The position numbers and the translations under genes are program-made. DNA of 64,000 nucleotides from an uncultured delta proteobacterium (GTDB taxonomy: Bacteria > Desulfobacterota > Binatia > UBA9968), in assembly GCA_963745035.1 (NCBI GenBank), contig CAVUVW010000021.1:192001-256000 (forward strand), written 5' to 3'. The notes under the pieces were generated by a model, which saw nothing but the letters and a program-made list of their open reading frames with translations, did not search any database and was not told the DNA's origin. Each line of letters opens with the position of its first letter. The first letter of the stretch is position 1. Below, one piece after another: positions 1-10,273 of the stretch.

Positions 1-33
1 ACGATTGAGCGCGGCGGCCGATTATCGCATCGC

Positions 34-1050
34 ATGAAAATCGATATCGAGTTCAATTCGGGCGCGCAGTTGCCGATGGACGCAATCCCGGAGCTCGCTC
101 AGCTGGCCGAGAGCCATGGCTTCGATTGCGCCTGGGGCGGCGAGGCTAACAACAAGGATCCCACGGTGATGCTTTCGGCGATCGCCGCGGTCACCACACG
201 ACTCAAAGTCGGTTCCGCCGTGTATCACATTCTCGGCCGGACGCCGGCGACGTTGGCGCTGCAAGCCGCGGGCTTGGACGAGCTCTCGTCGGGCCGGTTT
301 CTCCTCGGCATCGGTTCTTCCAATCCGACGATCGCCAAGTGGCACGGGCAAAGCATGGATCATCCGCTCGGCCGGGTCGAGGAGTACGTCGAGATCACGC
401 GTGCGGCGTTGCGCGGCGAGAAGCTGAGTTTTACCGGCAGATTCTTCGCCGCGCAAAATTTCAAAATGGCCTTCAAGCCCTCCGGCCGCGCGATTCCGAT
501 TTACCTCGCCGCCTTCGGACCGAAGATGACGCGGCTTGCCGGGCGCATTTCGGACGGTGTGTTGATCAACATGGCCAATCCGGCGGAGATTCGGCGCATC
601 GCCGCGGAAGTAAAGGCCGGCGCCGCGGAAGCGGGTAAAGATCCGGCCGCGATGGAAGTCATCTGCAAGATTCGCTGCTCCATCGCGAACAACTACGCAA
701 CGGCGCGCGACGCGCTCAGCCACGCGCTTGCCTATTATGCGCTGGCGGATTACTACCGCGAGCTGCTAGGTCGCATGGGCTTTGCCGGCGAAGTCGAAGC
801 GATGCGCGCCGCCTGGAAGGTGGAAGGATTTCACGCTGCGCGCCGCTTGATCACCGATCGCATGTTCGATTCCTTGCCGCTCGTCGCCGCGACTTCCGCG
901 CGCGAAGTCGTCGAGCAAATCCGGCCCTACGCGGAGGCCGGCGCGACGCGGATCATCTTGCCCTACGTCGCGGCATCCGAGGACCTGGTCAACGAGATGA
1001 AGAGCTTCATCCGATACTGGAGCCCGGCGACCACCGGCGGAGACTTCTAG
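34..1050 (+). CDS. LLM-class flavin/F420-dependent oxidoreductase (luciferase-like)
   Basis: AESHGFDCAW, TTRLKVGSAV, LDELSSGRFLLGIG, PIYLAAFGPKMTRLAGRISDG motifs typical of the LLM family. Confidence 0.9.
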   Translation: MKIDIEFNSGAQLPMDAIPELAQLAESHGFDCAWGGEANNKDPTVMLSAIAAVTTRLKVGSAVYHILGRTPATLALQAAGLDELSSGRFLLGIGSSNPTIAKWHGQSMDHPLGRVEEYVEITRAALRGEKLSFTGRFFAAQNFKMAFKPSGRAIPIYLAAFGPKMTRLAGRISDGVLINMANPAEIRRIAAEVKAGAAEAGKDPAAMEVICKIRCSIANNYATARDALSHALAYYALADYYRELLGRMGFAGEVEAMRAAWKVEGFHAARRLITDRMFDSLPLVAATSAREVVEQIRPYAEAGATRIILPYVAASEDLVNEMKSFIRYWSPATTGGDF

Positions 1051-1061
1051 GAGGACGCGGC

Positions 1062-1463
1062 ATGTCATTTGAGCTGATCGATCCCGCTGGGTTGGAGTCG
1101 CCGGTTGGCTATGCCCACGTGGCAAAGATTACTGGAGGCACGATCGTTCATATCGCCGGCCAGGCGCCGTTCAACGAAAAAGGCGAGGTCGTCGGCAAGG
1201 GAGATTTCGTCGCCCAGTTCACTCAGGTCATGCGCAATCTAAAAACCGCCGTGGGAGGCGCGGGAGGAACGCCGACGCAATATGCGGTGCTGACAATCTA
1301 CATCACCAATCTGGAAGCCTACTGGGACAACAAAAAGCCGTTGGGAAAAGCCTATCGAGAAGTGTTCGGTAAATATTTTCCGGCGATCACGTTGGTCGAA
1401 GTGAAGCGCCTTTACAATCCAGATTGTATGATCGAGATTTCCGGGATCGCGGTGCTGGACTAA
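1062..1463 (+). CDS. RidA/YjgF/UK114 family protein
   Basis: GYAHV, HIAGQ, FPAITLVEVKRL...MIEISGIAV; GGAGG RBS upstream. Confidence 0.9.
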   Translation: MSFELIDPAGLESPVGYAHVAKITGGTIVHIAGQAPFNEKGEVVGKGDFVAQFTQVMRNLKTAVGGAGGTPTQYAVLTIYITNLEAYWDNKKPLGKAYREVFGKYFPAITLVEVKRLYNPDCMIEISGIAVLD

Positions 1464-1604
1464 AGCTGCAATGACATCCTCGGCGGGATTTTCCTTCACG
1501 AACCGCCATTTTTTGCGTCGAATTCGACAATCTTTGCTCAACTTACCGACAGGCCATGTCGATCAAACCTGATGAAATTCAGAAAATTCAATAGATTAGC
1601 ATCG

Positions 1605-1620
1605 TGGCACTTCTCTTGCT
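1605..1620 (+). promoter_or_regulatory. sigma54 (RpoN) -24/-12 promoter
   Basis: TGGCAC-TTCTC-TTGCT is a perfect match to TGGCAC-N5-TTGCW, 42 bp upstream of ORF 1663; IHF-like ATTCAATAGATTA at 1586-1598. Confidence 0.75.
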
Positions 1621-1662
1621 TTTCTAAAGCGCATCAATCGAGAAGGCGGTTATCAACCGACG

Positions 1663-1872
1663 ATGATTCCAATGAACACGCTATCAGCCCTGGACAGAGA
1701 ACGAGATCAGGATCTTTTCGAAAGTGTCACTGAAGAAGAGATCATTCATCTATGGCGTTCGATTAAGGGTCGCGGCCTTTCCGAGGATGAGGCTTGGCAG
1801 GCGGTTGTCACCGGGATTGCTCTGGATATGGCCTTCGCCAAAAGCCGAAACTCCACTCAAATCGAGCACTAG
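1663..1872 (+). CDS. small hypothetical protein (69 aa)
   Basis: ORF directly downstream of a sigma54 promoter; no family recognised. Confidence 0.55.
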   Translation: MIPMNTLSALDRERDQDLFESVTEEEIIHLWRSIKGRGLSEDEAWQAVVTGIALDMAFAKSRNSTQIEH

Positions 1873-2038
1873 ACCGAAGCTCCCGGGCGCGCGGAGCATA
1901 TTCAATCCTTACCACGCGGCAAAGCTCAGTTTTTGAGTTTTGTCGGTTCTTTCGGCGGGGCGGCCAAGCTCCCGCTACATTGACTCCCACGAGAAAATTT
2001 GGTTGAATCGTCGCATATTTGCTTCTCTGGGGGCCTTC

Positions 2039-2233
2039 ATGTCACGGATCACGGTAGAAGATTGCCTGCAAAAGGTGAACAATCGATTCGAACTGGTCAT
2101 GCTGGCCTCGAAGCGGGCGCGGCAACTCTTCAAAGGAGCCAAGCCCTTGATCGACTCCGATAACCGCGAGGTTGTGGTGGCACTACGCGAAATCGCGGAC
2201 GGAAAAGTGCGAAAGGCTGACGGCCAGACTTGA
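2039..2233 (+). CDS. rpoZ: DNA-directed RNA polymerase subunit omega
   Basis: [30 protein letters not shown]...[10 protein letters not shown]; ATG at 2039. Confidence 0.97.
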   Translation: MSRITVEDCLQKVNNRFELVMLASKRARQLFKGAKPLIDSDNREVVVALREIADGKVRKADGQT

Positions 2234-2375
2234 TCCGCACCGCGCGATCGCAGTCGCGCGTGCTGTCCCTGATTGCCGACTATTGCTCCGCTGCACGTCA
2301 CGTTCGCTCGCTTATTCAACTGAAGCATCCGTTCCTCACATCTCGCTCTTTGGCGCGGGGTGACTGAAGCCGCTC

Positions 2376-3335
2376 ATGGCCGAAGAAGACAACAACGCCG
2401 AGCTCAACTTTTCCCTACCCGAAATCGCTCTGCCTCAGCTTGCCGGGGATGAGGACGGCGCCGACGGCAGCCGGCGTAAGGCGCTCGTCCCATTCGACCC
2501 GTTACAGCGCTATCTTTCGGAAATTCGCCGGTTCGCCTTGCTCAGCCGCGAGGAGGAGCATCGGCTGGCCGTGCAGTACAAAGAATACGGCGATGTCGAA
2601 GCCGCCTACAAGCTCGTCACGGCGAATCTCCGACTGGTAGTGATGATCGCCCGCGAGTACCAGAAGGCGTTCAAGAACCTGTTGGATCTGATCCAGGAAG
2701 GGAACATGGGGTTGATGGAGGCGGTGAAGAACTTCGATCCCTATCGCGGTGTTCGGTTTCCCTCTTACGCGGTGTGGTGGATCCGCGCCTACATGATTCG
2801 CTACATCATGAACGACTGGCGCATGGTAAAGATCGGCACCACGCAAGCGCAGCGCAAGCTTTTTTTCAATCTCCAGAAGGAGAAGGATAGGATCGAGGCG
2901 GAAGGGCTCACGCCCGGTCCCAAGCTGTTGGCGCAGCGTTTGAACGTAAAGGAGGATGAAGTCGTCGAAATGGAACAGCGGCTGGCAAGCCGCGATCTTT
3001 CAGTCGACGTACCAATCGGCGACGACGAAGAAGCGACCATGCTGAGCTTCCTGCACGACACCAAACAGACTCCGGAAGAAGAGATCGCCGAAACCCAATA
3101 TCGCGACCTGCTGCGCGACAAAATGGAGCAGTTCGCCAAGGGACTCAAGGACAAGGAGCTGGTGATTTACCGCGAAAGGCTGCTCAACGAGGATCCGCTG
3201 ACTTTGCGCGAGATCGGCGAAAAATACGGTATCAGCCGGGAGCGCGTCCGGCAAATCGAAGAACGGGTCAAGAAAAAACTCAAGAACTATCTGAAAGACT
3301 TTAAAGACGTCACCGACGTCTCGGATGCGAACTAA
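2376..3335 (+). CDS. rpoH: RNA polymerase sigma-32 (RpoH) family sigma factor
   Basis: Region 2 DLIQEGNMGLM, YAVWWIRA, RpoH box QRKLFFNL, region 4 TLREIGEKYGISRERVRQIE. Confidence 0.92.
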   Translation: MAEEDNNAELNFSLPEIALPQLAGDEDGADGSRRKALVPFDPLQRYLSEIRRFALLSREEEHRLAVQYKEYGDVEAAYKLVTANLRLVVMIAREYQKAFKNLLDLIQEGNMGLMEAVKNFDPYRGVRFPSYAVWWIRAYMIRYIMNDWRMVKIGTTQAQRKLFFNLQKEKDRIEAEGLTPGPKLLAQRLNVKEDEVVEMEQRLASRDLSVDVPIGDDEEATMLSFLHDTKQTPEEEIAETQYRDLLRDKMEQFAKGLKDKELVIYRERLLNEDPLTLREIGEKYGISRERVRQIEERVKKKLKNYLKDFKDVTDVSDAN

Positions 3336-3480
3336 TCTCGACCGGCAAACCGGCCGCTGCCTTCGTCTTCTCCTCATCGCACAGCTCGCTTAATCGTCCG
3401 GCGCGCATGACGTCGCGCTTTGCTTGCGCGCTCCGAACAGTTCTGATACCAAAAAAGGGACAGCGATTCGGAGGAAAATC

Positions 3481-3933
3481 TTGCAATTTCAAAAAGAAGT
3501 GGAAATTCTCGCGCCGCGAGAGAAGGTTTGGAATTTCATCTGGGACGTGGATCGATTCATCGCCTGCGTGCCGGGCTGCAAGGAGGCGAAGACGATCGAG
3601 GCGGGAAAGAAATACTCCGCGACGATGGTCGAAAAGGTGGGGCCATTCAAAGTCGAATTCCCGACCCAGATCGAGGTCCTCGAGCGCGAGGAATTATCGC
3701 ACATCAAGGCGCAGGCTTCCGGAGCGGACAACAAGATCGGCAGTCGCATGAAAGTGGATCTGGACGTCAACTTACGTGAGCAGGACGGCCGAACCGTGCT
3801 CGGCTTCGTGGCCGGCGTCGATATCCTGGGAAAACTCGCGGCTCTGGGTCACGGCATCATCAAGCGCAAAGCCGATCAAGTGCTCGATGAATTTGCCCAG
3901 GCGGTCAAGAAGCGGATGGAAGGAGACGCTTGA
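3481..3933 (+). CDS. coxG: CoxG/SRPBCC family protein
   Basis: VWNFIWD..FIACVPGC, KVGPFK, GKLAALG; TTG start at 3481 after GGAGG. Confidence 0.85.
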   Translation: MQFQKEVEILAPREKVWNFIWDVDRFIACVPGCKEAKTIEAGKKYSATMVEKVGPFKVEFPTQIEVLEREELSHIKAQASGADNKIGSRMKVDLDVNLREQDGRTVLGFVAGVDILGKLAALGHGIIKRKADQVLDEFAQAVKKRMEGDA

Positions 3934-4784
3934 TGCTGCGCCGATTTCGGCTGGAAGAACCGGAAACGGTCGGCGAGGCTTCCGAGCTCTTAGGCCGGTT
4001 CGGCGAAAGCGCGAAAGTTTACGCCGGCGGCACCGAGTTGCTCCTGGCGATGAAAGAGGGATTGGTACAGTACGAGCGCCTCATCAATGTGAAAAAACTC
4101 ACAGGACTCAGCGAGGTCGCCGCAGCGGATGGGGTGATCAAGATCGGCGCATTGTGCACGCACCATGAGCTTGAAAAATCGGAGCTGCTTCGAGACAAAC
4201 TGCCGGCCTTATACAAGCTCGAACAAAACGTCGCCAACGTTCGCGTGCGACAATCGGGGACCCTGGGAGGCAATCTCTGTTTCGCCGAGCCGCATGCCGA
4301 TCCCGGCACGCTCTTGATGGCGCTCGGCGCCAAGTTGGTTGCCGAAAAGTCTTCGGGCAAGCGCGAGATTGCCGCAGAGGACTTTTTTGTCGACGCCTAC
4401 GAAACTTCACTGCAAGCGGACGAAGTGCTCACCGAGATCCGCATACCCGCTCCGACCGAGCACTCGCGCAGCGCCTACTTGAAATTCGGCTATCTCGAAC
4501 GACCGAGTGTGGGCGTCGCCGTGGCGTTTCACAGGAACGGCGGCGGCCTGAGCGAAGTCAAAATCGCCGTAGGCTGCGCCGGACCCGCGCCGCGCCGGGT
4601 TCCGGAGGCGGAGGCGCTGCTCAACGGCAAGAGCAGGGAAGAGGCCGAGCGCAGCTTGGCGCAGGCGGGCGCGGTTGCCGGGCGTGAGTCCCAGGCGATC
4701 AGCGACCTGCACGGCTCGCAAGAATACAAGGAGCATATCGTCGGAGTGCTTTTGAAACGCGCTTTTCAAAGCGCGGCCGCTTAG
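3933..4784 (+). CDS. coxM: xanthine/CO dehydrogenase family FAD-binding (medium) subunit
   Basis: YAGGTELL, VRVRQSGTLGGNLCFAEPHAD, DLHGSQEYK; TGATG coupling to coxG. Confidence 0.9.
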   Translation: MLRRFRLEEPETVGEASELLGRFGESAKVYAGGTELLLAMKEGLVQYERLINVKKLTGLSEVAAADGVIKIGALCTHHELEKSELLRDKLPALYKLEQNVANVRVRQSGTLGGNLCFAEPHADPGTLLMALGAKLVAEKSSGKREIAAEDFFVDAYETSLQADEVLTEIRIPAPTEHSRSAYLKFGYLERPSVGVAVAFHRNGGGLSEVKIAVGCAGPAPRRVPEAEALLNGKSREEAERSLAQAGAVAGRESQAISDLHGSQEYKEHIVGVLLKRAFQSAAA

Positions 4785-4805
4785 CGCAGTGCGCGAGGAA
4801 ACTTC

Positions 4806-5315
4806 ATGGCCAGAGCGATGACCAGACATTCGGAATCTCAATTTATGCCGCTCTCGTTTACTTTAAACGGGCGCCCGCAGGAGCTCGAAGTGGAGCCGCA
4901 CGAGCTGCTCCTCGACGTCGTGCGCGAGCGCCTGGGTCTTACCGGGGTTAAGCGCTCGTGCGACGTGCAGGTTTGCGGCGCTTGCACTTTATTGGTCGAC
5001 GGCCGGCCGGTGAGCGCCTGCACGACGCTGGCTTTCGAGGTGCGCGGCCGTTCGGTGCTGACCATCGAAGGCTTGGCGGAAAACGGCAAGCTCCATCCGC
5101 TGCAGCAGGCGTTCATCGACCACGGCGGTTTCCAATGCGGTTTCTGCACGCCGGGAATGATTCTCGCCGCCAAGGCGCTCCTCGATGAAAATCCCCAGCC
5201 GAGCGAAGCGGAGCTCAAGCATTTTATGCACGGCAATATCTGCCGCTGCACGGGTTATAAAAAGATCATTGAGTCGATCATGGCGGCGGCGAAGGAAATG
5301 CGCGGGAACGCTTAA
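4806..5315 (+). CDS. coxS: xanthine/CO dehydrogenase family 2Fe-2S (small) subunit
   Basis: CDVQVCGACT...SAC, QCGFCTPG, GNICRCTGY; start may be 4845. Confidence 0.92.
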   Translation: MARAMTRHSESQFMPLSFTLNGRPQELEVEPHELLLDVVRERLGLTGVKRSCDVQVCGACTLLVDGRPVSACTTLAFEVRGRSVLTIEGLAENGKLHPLQQAFIDHGGFQCGFCTPGMILAAKALLDENPQPSEAELKHFMHGNICRCTGYKKIIESIMAAAKEMRGNA

Positions 5316-5319
5316 AGAA

Positions 5320-5488
5320 GTTCAAGTCGTTCAAATAGTTCGAGCCGTTCGAAGAAATCCGCTTTCTCGCCGGAATGACCAAGGAGTCGACCGATTCGTT
5401 CTCAAATTCGCGGAAGCTCGCAGATTGGAGCCGACGGTTGTTTAGCCTCAATCCGATAAACGTTTTGAACAGCTTGAACGATTTGAAC
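5320..5488. repeat. 9-bp-period GTTCRA tandem repeats in inverted arrangement
   Basis: GTTCAA/GTTCGA at 5320, 5329, 5338, 5347 and inverted TTGAAC at 5465, 5474, 5483, between convergent coxS and ubiD. Confidence 0.75.
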
Positions 5489-5496
5489 GTGCCAAG

Positions 5497-6917
5497 TCAG
5501 TCTTCGATCCCGTAATCCCTCCACCGGCTCGCGACTAAATCCAGATGCTCCTTCGGCGGCAGTGAAATCGCCGGGTAGGCGTGCTTGCGCGTGGCATCGA
5601 TCGCCACGCGCGAACCGACGTAACGGGTCGGGTGATGCTGCGGCACGTCTGCCGGCGCCTGGGATGGGTCGAGGCCGACCGCTTGGACGTCCCTTTCGAT
5701 GTAGATGTCCTTGTCCGGCCGGACGTGCCAGCTTAGCGCCCAATCGACGGCGAAGTCGTCCCAGATGTCGATATCGTCATCGACGACCACTGTAAATTTT
5801 CCAAAGCCGGTGCGCATCGACCACGCGCCGTACATGAGCTGGCGCACCTGGCCGTCGAACTGCTTTTTGAGCGAGATGACAAGATAAGCGCCGCTGCCGC
5901 CGGCTTCCTTGAGGCGCACGTCTTTGATCGGAATGCGCAGAATGTCTCGCACGTGCTTGATCAGCGGCCACTCGCGGCCGACGGCGCGGATGCAGCTCGA
6001 CTCCGACGGCGGCATCTGACTGATGAACGCCTGATACCATGGGTTGTTGCGAAAGGTCATGCACGTGATGTTGAAGAACGGCTCATTGCCCGCCGGACCC
6101 ATATAGCCGGTATATTCGCCGAAGGGTCCTTCCGGTTCGATGCTGTTGGCCGGGATCTCGCCTTCCAAAACGATTTCCGCGCTCGCGGGAACTTCCAGCG
6201 GCACGGTCTCGCACGGCACCAAGTCCACCGCCTCGCCGCGCAGCGCGCCGGCCACGGCGAACTCGTCCAACGTCTCCGACATCTTGGAAACCGACACGTA
6301 GCCGATGGTGGGATCGGCGCCGATCACGACGGCCATCGGCGTCGGCTGGTTCTTCGCGTTGTTTTTGAGAATATGCCAGGAGGCGTCCTGGCGCTTGCCG
6401 ATCAGCAGACCGGTTTTGTTCGGCCCTTTGACCTGCATTCGATACGTTCCGACGTTGCGCACGCCGGTCTCGGGATCTTTCGTGATCAAGTAGGGCGAGG
6501 TGAAAAACGGCCCCGGATCTTCGCCCACCGTCCAAATCGGCACCGGCAGCTTGGTGATGTCCACGTCCTTGCCGTGCAGGATGTTGTCTTTGCACGGCGC
6601 GTTTTTACCATGCGCGGCGCGATCGGATTGCCGAGCGCGTGGTCCCATTTGCGGTTGATGCCTTCGATCGAGTCGGTTTCCAGCCCGAGCGCGTAGATCT
6701 CCCGCGATGCGCCGAGCACGCCGGCGACCACCGGTATTTTGAAGCCCTTGACGTTTTCGAACATCAGCGCCGGCCGCTTGTGCGGCGCGATCTTTTTGAA
6801 CAACTGCCGGCAGACTGCGGCGATCTCCCAGTCCTTGTCGACTTCCTTGGTGACGCGCTTGAGTTTGCCTTTTTCTTCGAGGGTCGCGACGTAGTCGCGC
6901 AAATCGCGGTAAGCCAT
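5497..6917 (-). CDS. UbiD family (prFMN-dependent) decarboxylase, frameshifted near 6602-6606
   Basis: N-term MAYRDLRDYVATLEEKG (ORF 6486-6935) joins RNVGTYRMQV, EGPFGEYTGY, VVVDDDID, LDPS, IDAT (ORF 5497-6648); adding one base to a 5-nt homopolymer restores the frame. Confidence 0.9.
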
Positions 6918-7081
6918 GAATCCTCCGCCGATCACGAAAAAATTTTTCGTATACTAAGCAGAAATACTTTACATATCAACGATCGCGTTGTGAAAGTCTG
7001 CTGAGCAGCGAGTTGACCGCACGGACGCGATTGTCCGGTGAAGAGAAAAAACGCGAAAATCGCGCGCGACGGACGCGCGGT

Positions 7082-8005
7082 CTATGCCCTGATCTCGGCG
7101 CGCATGAAGATGATGTAGGAAATACCGAAGCAGACGGCCACCAGGCCAAAGATCGTCGTGATGTGCGGCCAGATGAGAATCAAACTCTGCTCGAGGGCCA
7201 GCGGCGTCGGCAAGATGCCTTCGGCTTGGCTCTGCAGCGCCATGCCGAAGACCCGCGCCGCGGGGTTGAGCAGCACTCCGACGCTCTCGTTGAAAAGAGT
7301 GCTGGGCGAGATCCGATCAATCACGTTCTCGACATCCGCCCGGCGCGAAAGCGCTTCAGGAGTCGTCGCCTCTGGCACGATCAAACCGGCGATTCCCGCG
7401 CTGATGAGGGAGATAAATAGCGATAGGAACAGCCACACCGCCATCGAGGCAAGAGCCGCGGTAACCGTTTTTTGGAAAAGCAACGAAAATAGCATGGCCA
7501 GCGCGAGCCAGAAACCGACGTAGAAGATCCCCACGGTAGTGAAAATCAGCATACGCCAAATTTCCTCGTTATTCGGCGGAAAGCCGAGAATCGTTGTCCC
7601 CAGGCCGATGACCAGAAGCAAGATAGATCCCCACAGCACGGCGACGGTGGTCAGACCCGCAAAGAACTTTCCGTTGATGAAACTATCGCGATAGATCGGT
7701 TGCGAGAGTACGCGGCTGAGTGTACCGCGGGCATATTCGCCGCTGATCGAATCGAATCCCAGCGTAATGCCAACCAGTGGCCCGAAAAAACCGAGAAAGG
7801 TCGCAAGCGAGAAAATGGATTCACCGCTCGATGTCAGCAGAAGCAAGAACGCGTACTGCGGAGGAACGGTGTCGGTGTTTTGCCGAATCGCTTGTCCGGT
7901 AGCGTAGGCGGCCCACAGGCCCGAGAAGACGATGAGGATCAGCAGGATCATGAAGCGGCGGCTGCTGAAATGGTCCGCCAATTCCTTCCAGAACACGACA
8001 CTCAT
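7082..8005 (-). CDS. ABC-2 type transporter permease
   Basis: WKELADHF, GFDSISGEYARGTLSRVLSQPIYR, multiple TM segments. Confidence 0.9.
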   Translation of the reverse strand: MSVVFWKELADHFSSRRFMILLILIVFSGLWAAYATGQAIRQNTDTVPPQYAFLLLLTSSGESIFSLATFLGFFGPLVGITLGFDSISGEYARGTLSRVLSQPIYRDSFINGKFFAGLTTVAVLWGSILLLVIGLGTTILGFPPNNEEIWRMLIFTTVGIFYVGFWLALAMLFSLLFQKTVTAALASMAVWLFLSLFISLISAGIAGLIVPEATTPEALSRRADVENVIDRISPSTLFNESVGVLLNPAARVFGMALQSQAEGILPTPLALEQSLILIWPHITTIFGLVAVCFGISYIIFMRAEIRA

Positions 8006-8007
8006 GT

Positions 8008-8940
8008 TTAGGCCTCGCGGAAATACTTCAGATAGATCTCTTCTAAGGTCGGGTCTTCCGAACGCAGCTGCAACAGTTGCAGCCCTTTGCGCGAAACCAC
8101 CGACACGACTTCGGGGCGGACATCACTGGTGCAGCGGAGAAACAGGCCGTGAGGACGCTTCTCGATCTCGTCGACGCCGGGAATGCTTTGGAGATCACGC
8201 TCAAGACCATTGGCGTCACCCCTTACTTCCAGCAGAAAATTCCACTGGCGGCCCTTTAAAATCGATTTGCCGAGCGTATCCATCTCGCCCTGAACGATCA
8301 TCTTGCCTTTGACGATGATACCGACCCGGCTACAGATTTCCTGGACCTGTTGGAGCTGATGCGAAGACAGCATGACGGTCAAACCATGCTCGCGATTCAA
8401 GCTCTTGATCATTTCGAGAATACGGATGGCGCCGTCGGGATCGATGCCGAGAGTGGGTTCGTCGAGAAACACCGCTATCGGCTTTTTAACCAGAACCTCG
8501 GCGATGCCGAGGCGCTGCTTCATGCCGCGGGAAAACTCCTTGACCAAGCGCCGCCCGTCGTCGGCAAGGCCGACTTGTTCCAACACATCAGCGGTCTTCT
8601 TGCGCGCCTCATCTTCGGGAATGCGATTGAGCCGCGCCATGTACAGCAGATTTTCTTTGGCGCTGATGTCGTCGTAGAAACCGGGATTTTCGGGCAAGTA
8701 GCCCACCCGGCGTTTCACTTCCAGCGATTCGAGCGTCGGATTGAATCCACACACGGAGACTTGACCCGCAGTCGGTTCGGTCAAACCCAGGAGCATCAGG
8801 ATCGTCGTGGTCTTGCCCGCGCCGTTCGGCCCGAGGAAGCCAAAAATCTCACCCTCCTCGATCGTCAGGTTGAGCGCGTTCACCGCGAGCTTTTCGCGAT
8901 AGCGCTTCGAGAGATCCTTGGTTTGAACGACGGTGCTCAT
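8008..8940 (-). CDS. ABC transporter ATP-binding protein
   Basis: Walker A GPNGAGKT, signature FSRGMKQRL, Walker B FLDEP; start MSTVVQ at 8940. Confidence 0.95.
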   Translation of the reverse strand: MSTVVQTKDLSKRYREKLAVNALNLTIEEGEIFGFLGPNGAGKTTTILMLLGLTEPTAGQVSVCGFNPTLESLEVKRRVGYLPENPGFYDDISAKENLLYMARLNRIPEDEARKKTADVLEQVGLADDGRRLVKEFSRGMKQRLGIAEVLVKKPIAVFLDEPTLGIDPDGAIRILEMIKSLNREHGLTVMLSSHQLQQVQEICSRVGIIVKGKMIVQGEMDTLGKSILKGRQWNFLLEVRGDANGLERDLQSIPGVDEIEKRPHGLFLRCTSDVRPEVVSVVSRKGLQLLQLRSEDPTLEEIYLKYFREA

Positions 8941-10191
8941 CGGCGACCCAAGCGGAAAAACACCACGGCCAAGCCGAGCACGACCAAGCCGACGATGGCA
9001 AAACCGATCCATCCCCAGATGGTCGGCGTCGACACGGTCACACGGAAATCCACCGACTTGTTGGCTTCGGGCGAATTGGACGTCAACGTCATCATATAGT
9101 CGCCCGCGATGGTGCGCTCCGGCGCGAGGATTTCCATCTTGATCTGGCGCACTTCGCCTGGGCCGAGCGAGTCGATCTTGTCGGGCCGAAATTCCACCGT
9201 CCATTTCTCGCTCGGCTTCTTGGTGACGAAGTTGAGGTTGCGCACCGGCGCCGTGCCGGCGTTGCCGACGACAAAGTCGATCGGCGTCTTCGTGCCGGCG
9301 ACGACCGTGGTATTGAGCGTGCCGGCCAACGAGCCCATCTTCAAATCTTGCGTGCCTTTTAGGGAGACTTTGACGCTTGTCGAAGCTTCGAAACCGCCGG
9401 CGCGGGCCTGGATTCCGACAGGATACTCTTTAGCTTCCGCGGTGGCCGGCGTGTCGACCTCCACGCTCAGCGTTTCCGAGCCGTTTTCCTTCAACTGAAT
9501 CGACGAGATCTGCTGGTCGCCGAATTGCGGTTTGAAACGAACCGTCCAGCCTTGAGGCGCTTGGGCGACGATCGAAGTCGGCAACGGCTTATTCGTTTCG
9601 TTTTTGAGATCTACGGTGAATTTGAGCGTCTGTCCCGAAGCCGTGGTCAACACCGGATATTGGCTGGTGAGCTTGATGCCGCCGGTCTCGATCTTTTTGG
9701 AAGTAACCCGGTAATTGATGGTCTCAGCGTACTGCGTAACTCCCTTGGTATCTTTGGCGGTTACTTTGATCGGATAAGTTCCCGGTTTGGTGTTCTCGGG
9801 AATTTTTGTTTTGAACTCAAGAGTCGTGGATTTGTTGGAGTTCTGATCGCCGCCCTGCACCGTTACAGAGCGCACCGGAAAGCTGGGATATCTGGAGTTG
9901 AAATTCACGTCCCATCCTTTCGGGATGGAATCAATGCTCAAAATAACTTCCACCGGGTCTTTGGTTCGGTTCACTACCTCGGCGTCCATCGTCGCTTCCT
10001 GCCCCTGACCCACAGTAAGATCCTTGAACGGCAGGATCAAATTGAATGATTCTTTGGACGGCGGACCGCTATCGGCCTTTTGTCGTTTCCGCGGCAAAGG
10101 CGTTGGCAGCCAAGCCCGTAGAGGAAAGCATGCTTACTGTGACGAGCAGTAAGAAACCTCTCAGGCACCGTCCCGTTGGACCGACCCTCAT
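8937..10191 (-). CDS. exported NEW3/COG1470-type Ig-like repeat protein with C-terminal membrane anchor (ABC-associated), frameshifted near 10078
   Basis: Signal peptide MRVGPTGRCLRGFLLLV...AFA in ORF 10069-10260 joins repeated beta-rich domains and C-terminal WGWIGFAIV...RLGRR. Confidence 0.8.
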
Positions 10192-10273
10192 ATTCAACCC
10201 CCTTTTTAAAATGGCGAAAATTGGTTGCAGATAGATAATCATAAACTGTTCGACGGTCAAGGCCTTTTGCTAT

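Noticed and set aside
5320-5488. GTTC/GAAC repeats as phosphorothioate target clusters linked to dndB
   Set aside because: No dndCDE seen, the repeats lie outside the island, and they behave like a generic intergenic repeat family
6600-6610. Programmed ribosomal frameshifting in ubiD or dtd
   Set aside because: No canonical slippery heptamer with a downstream structure, and similar indels are scattered through unrelated genes
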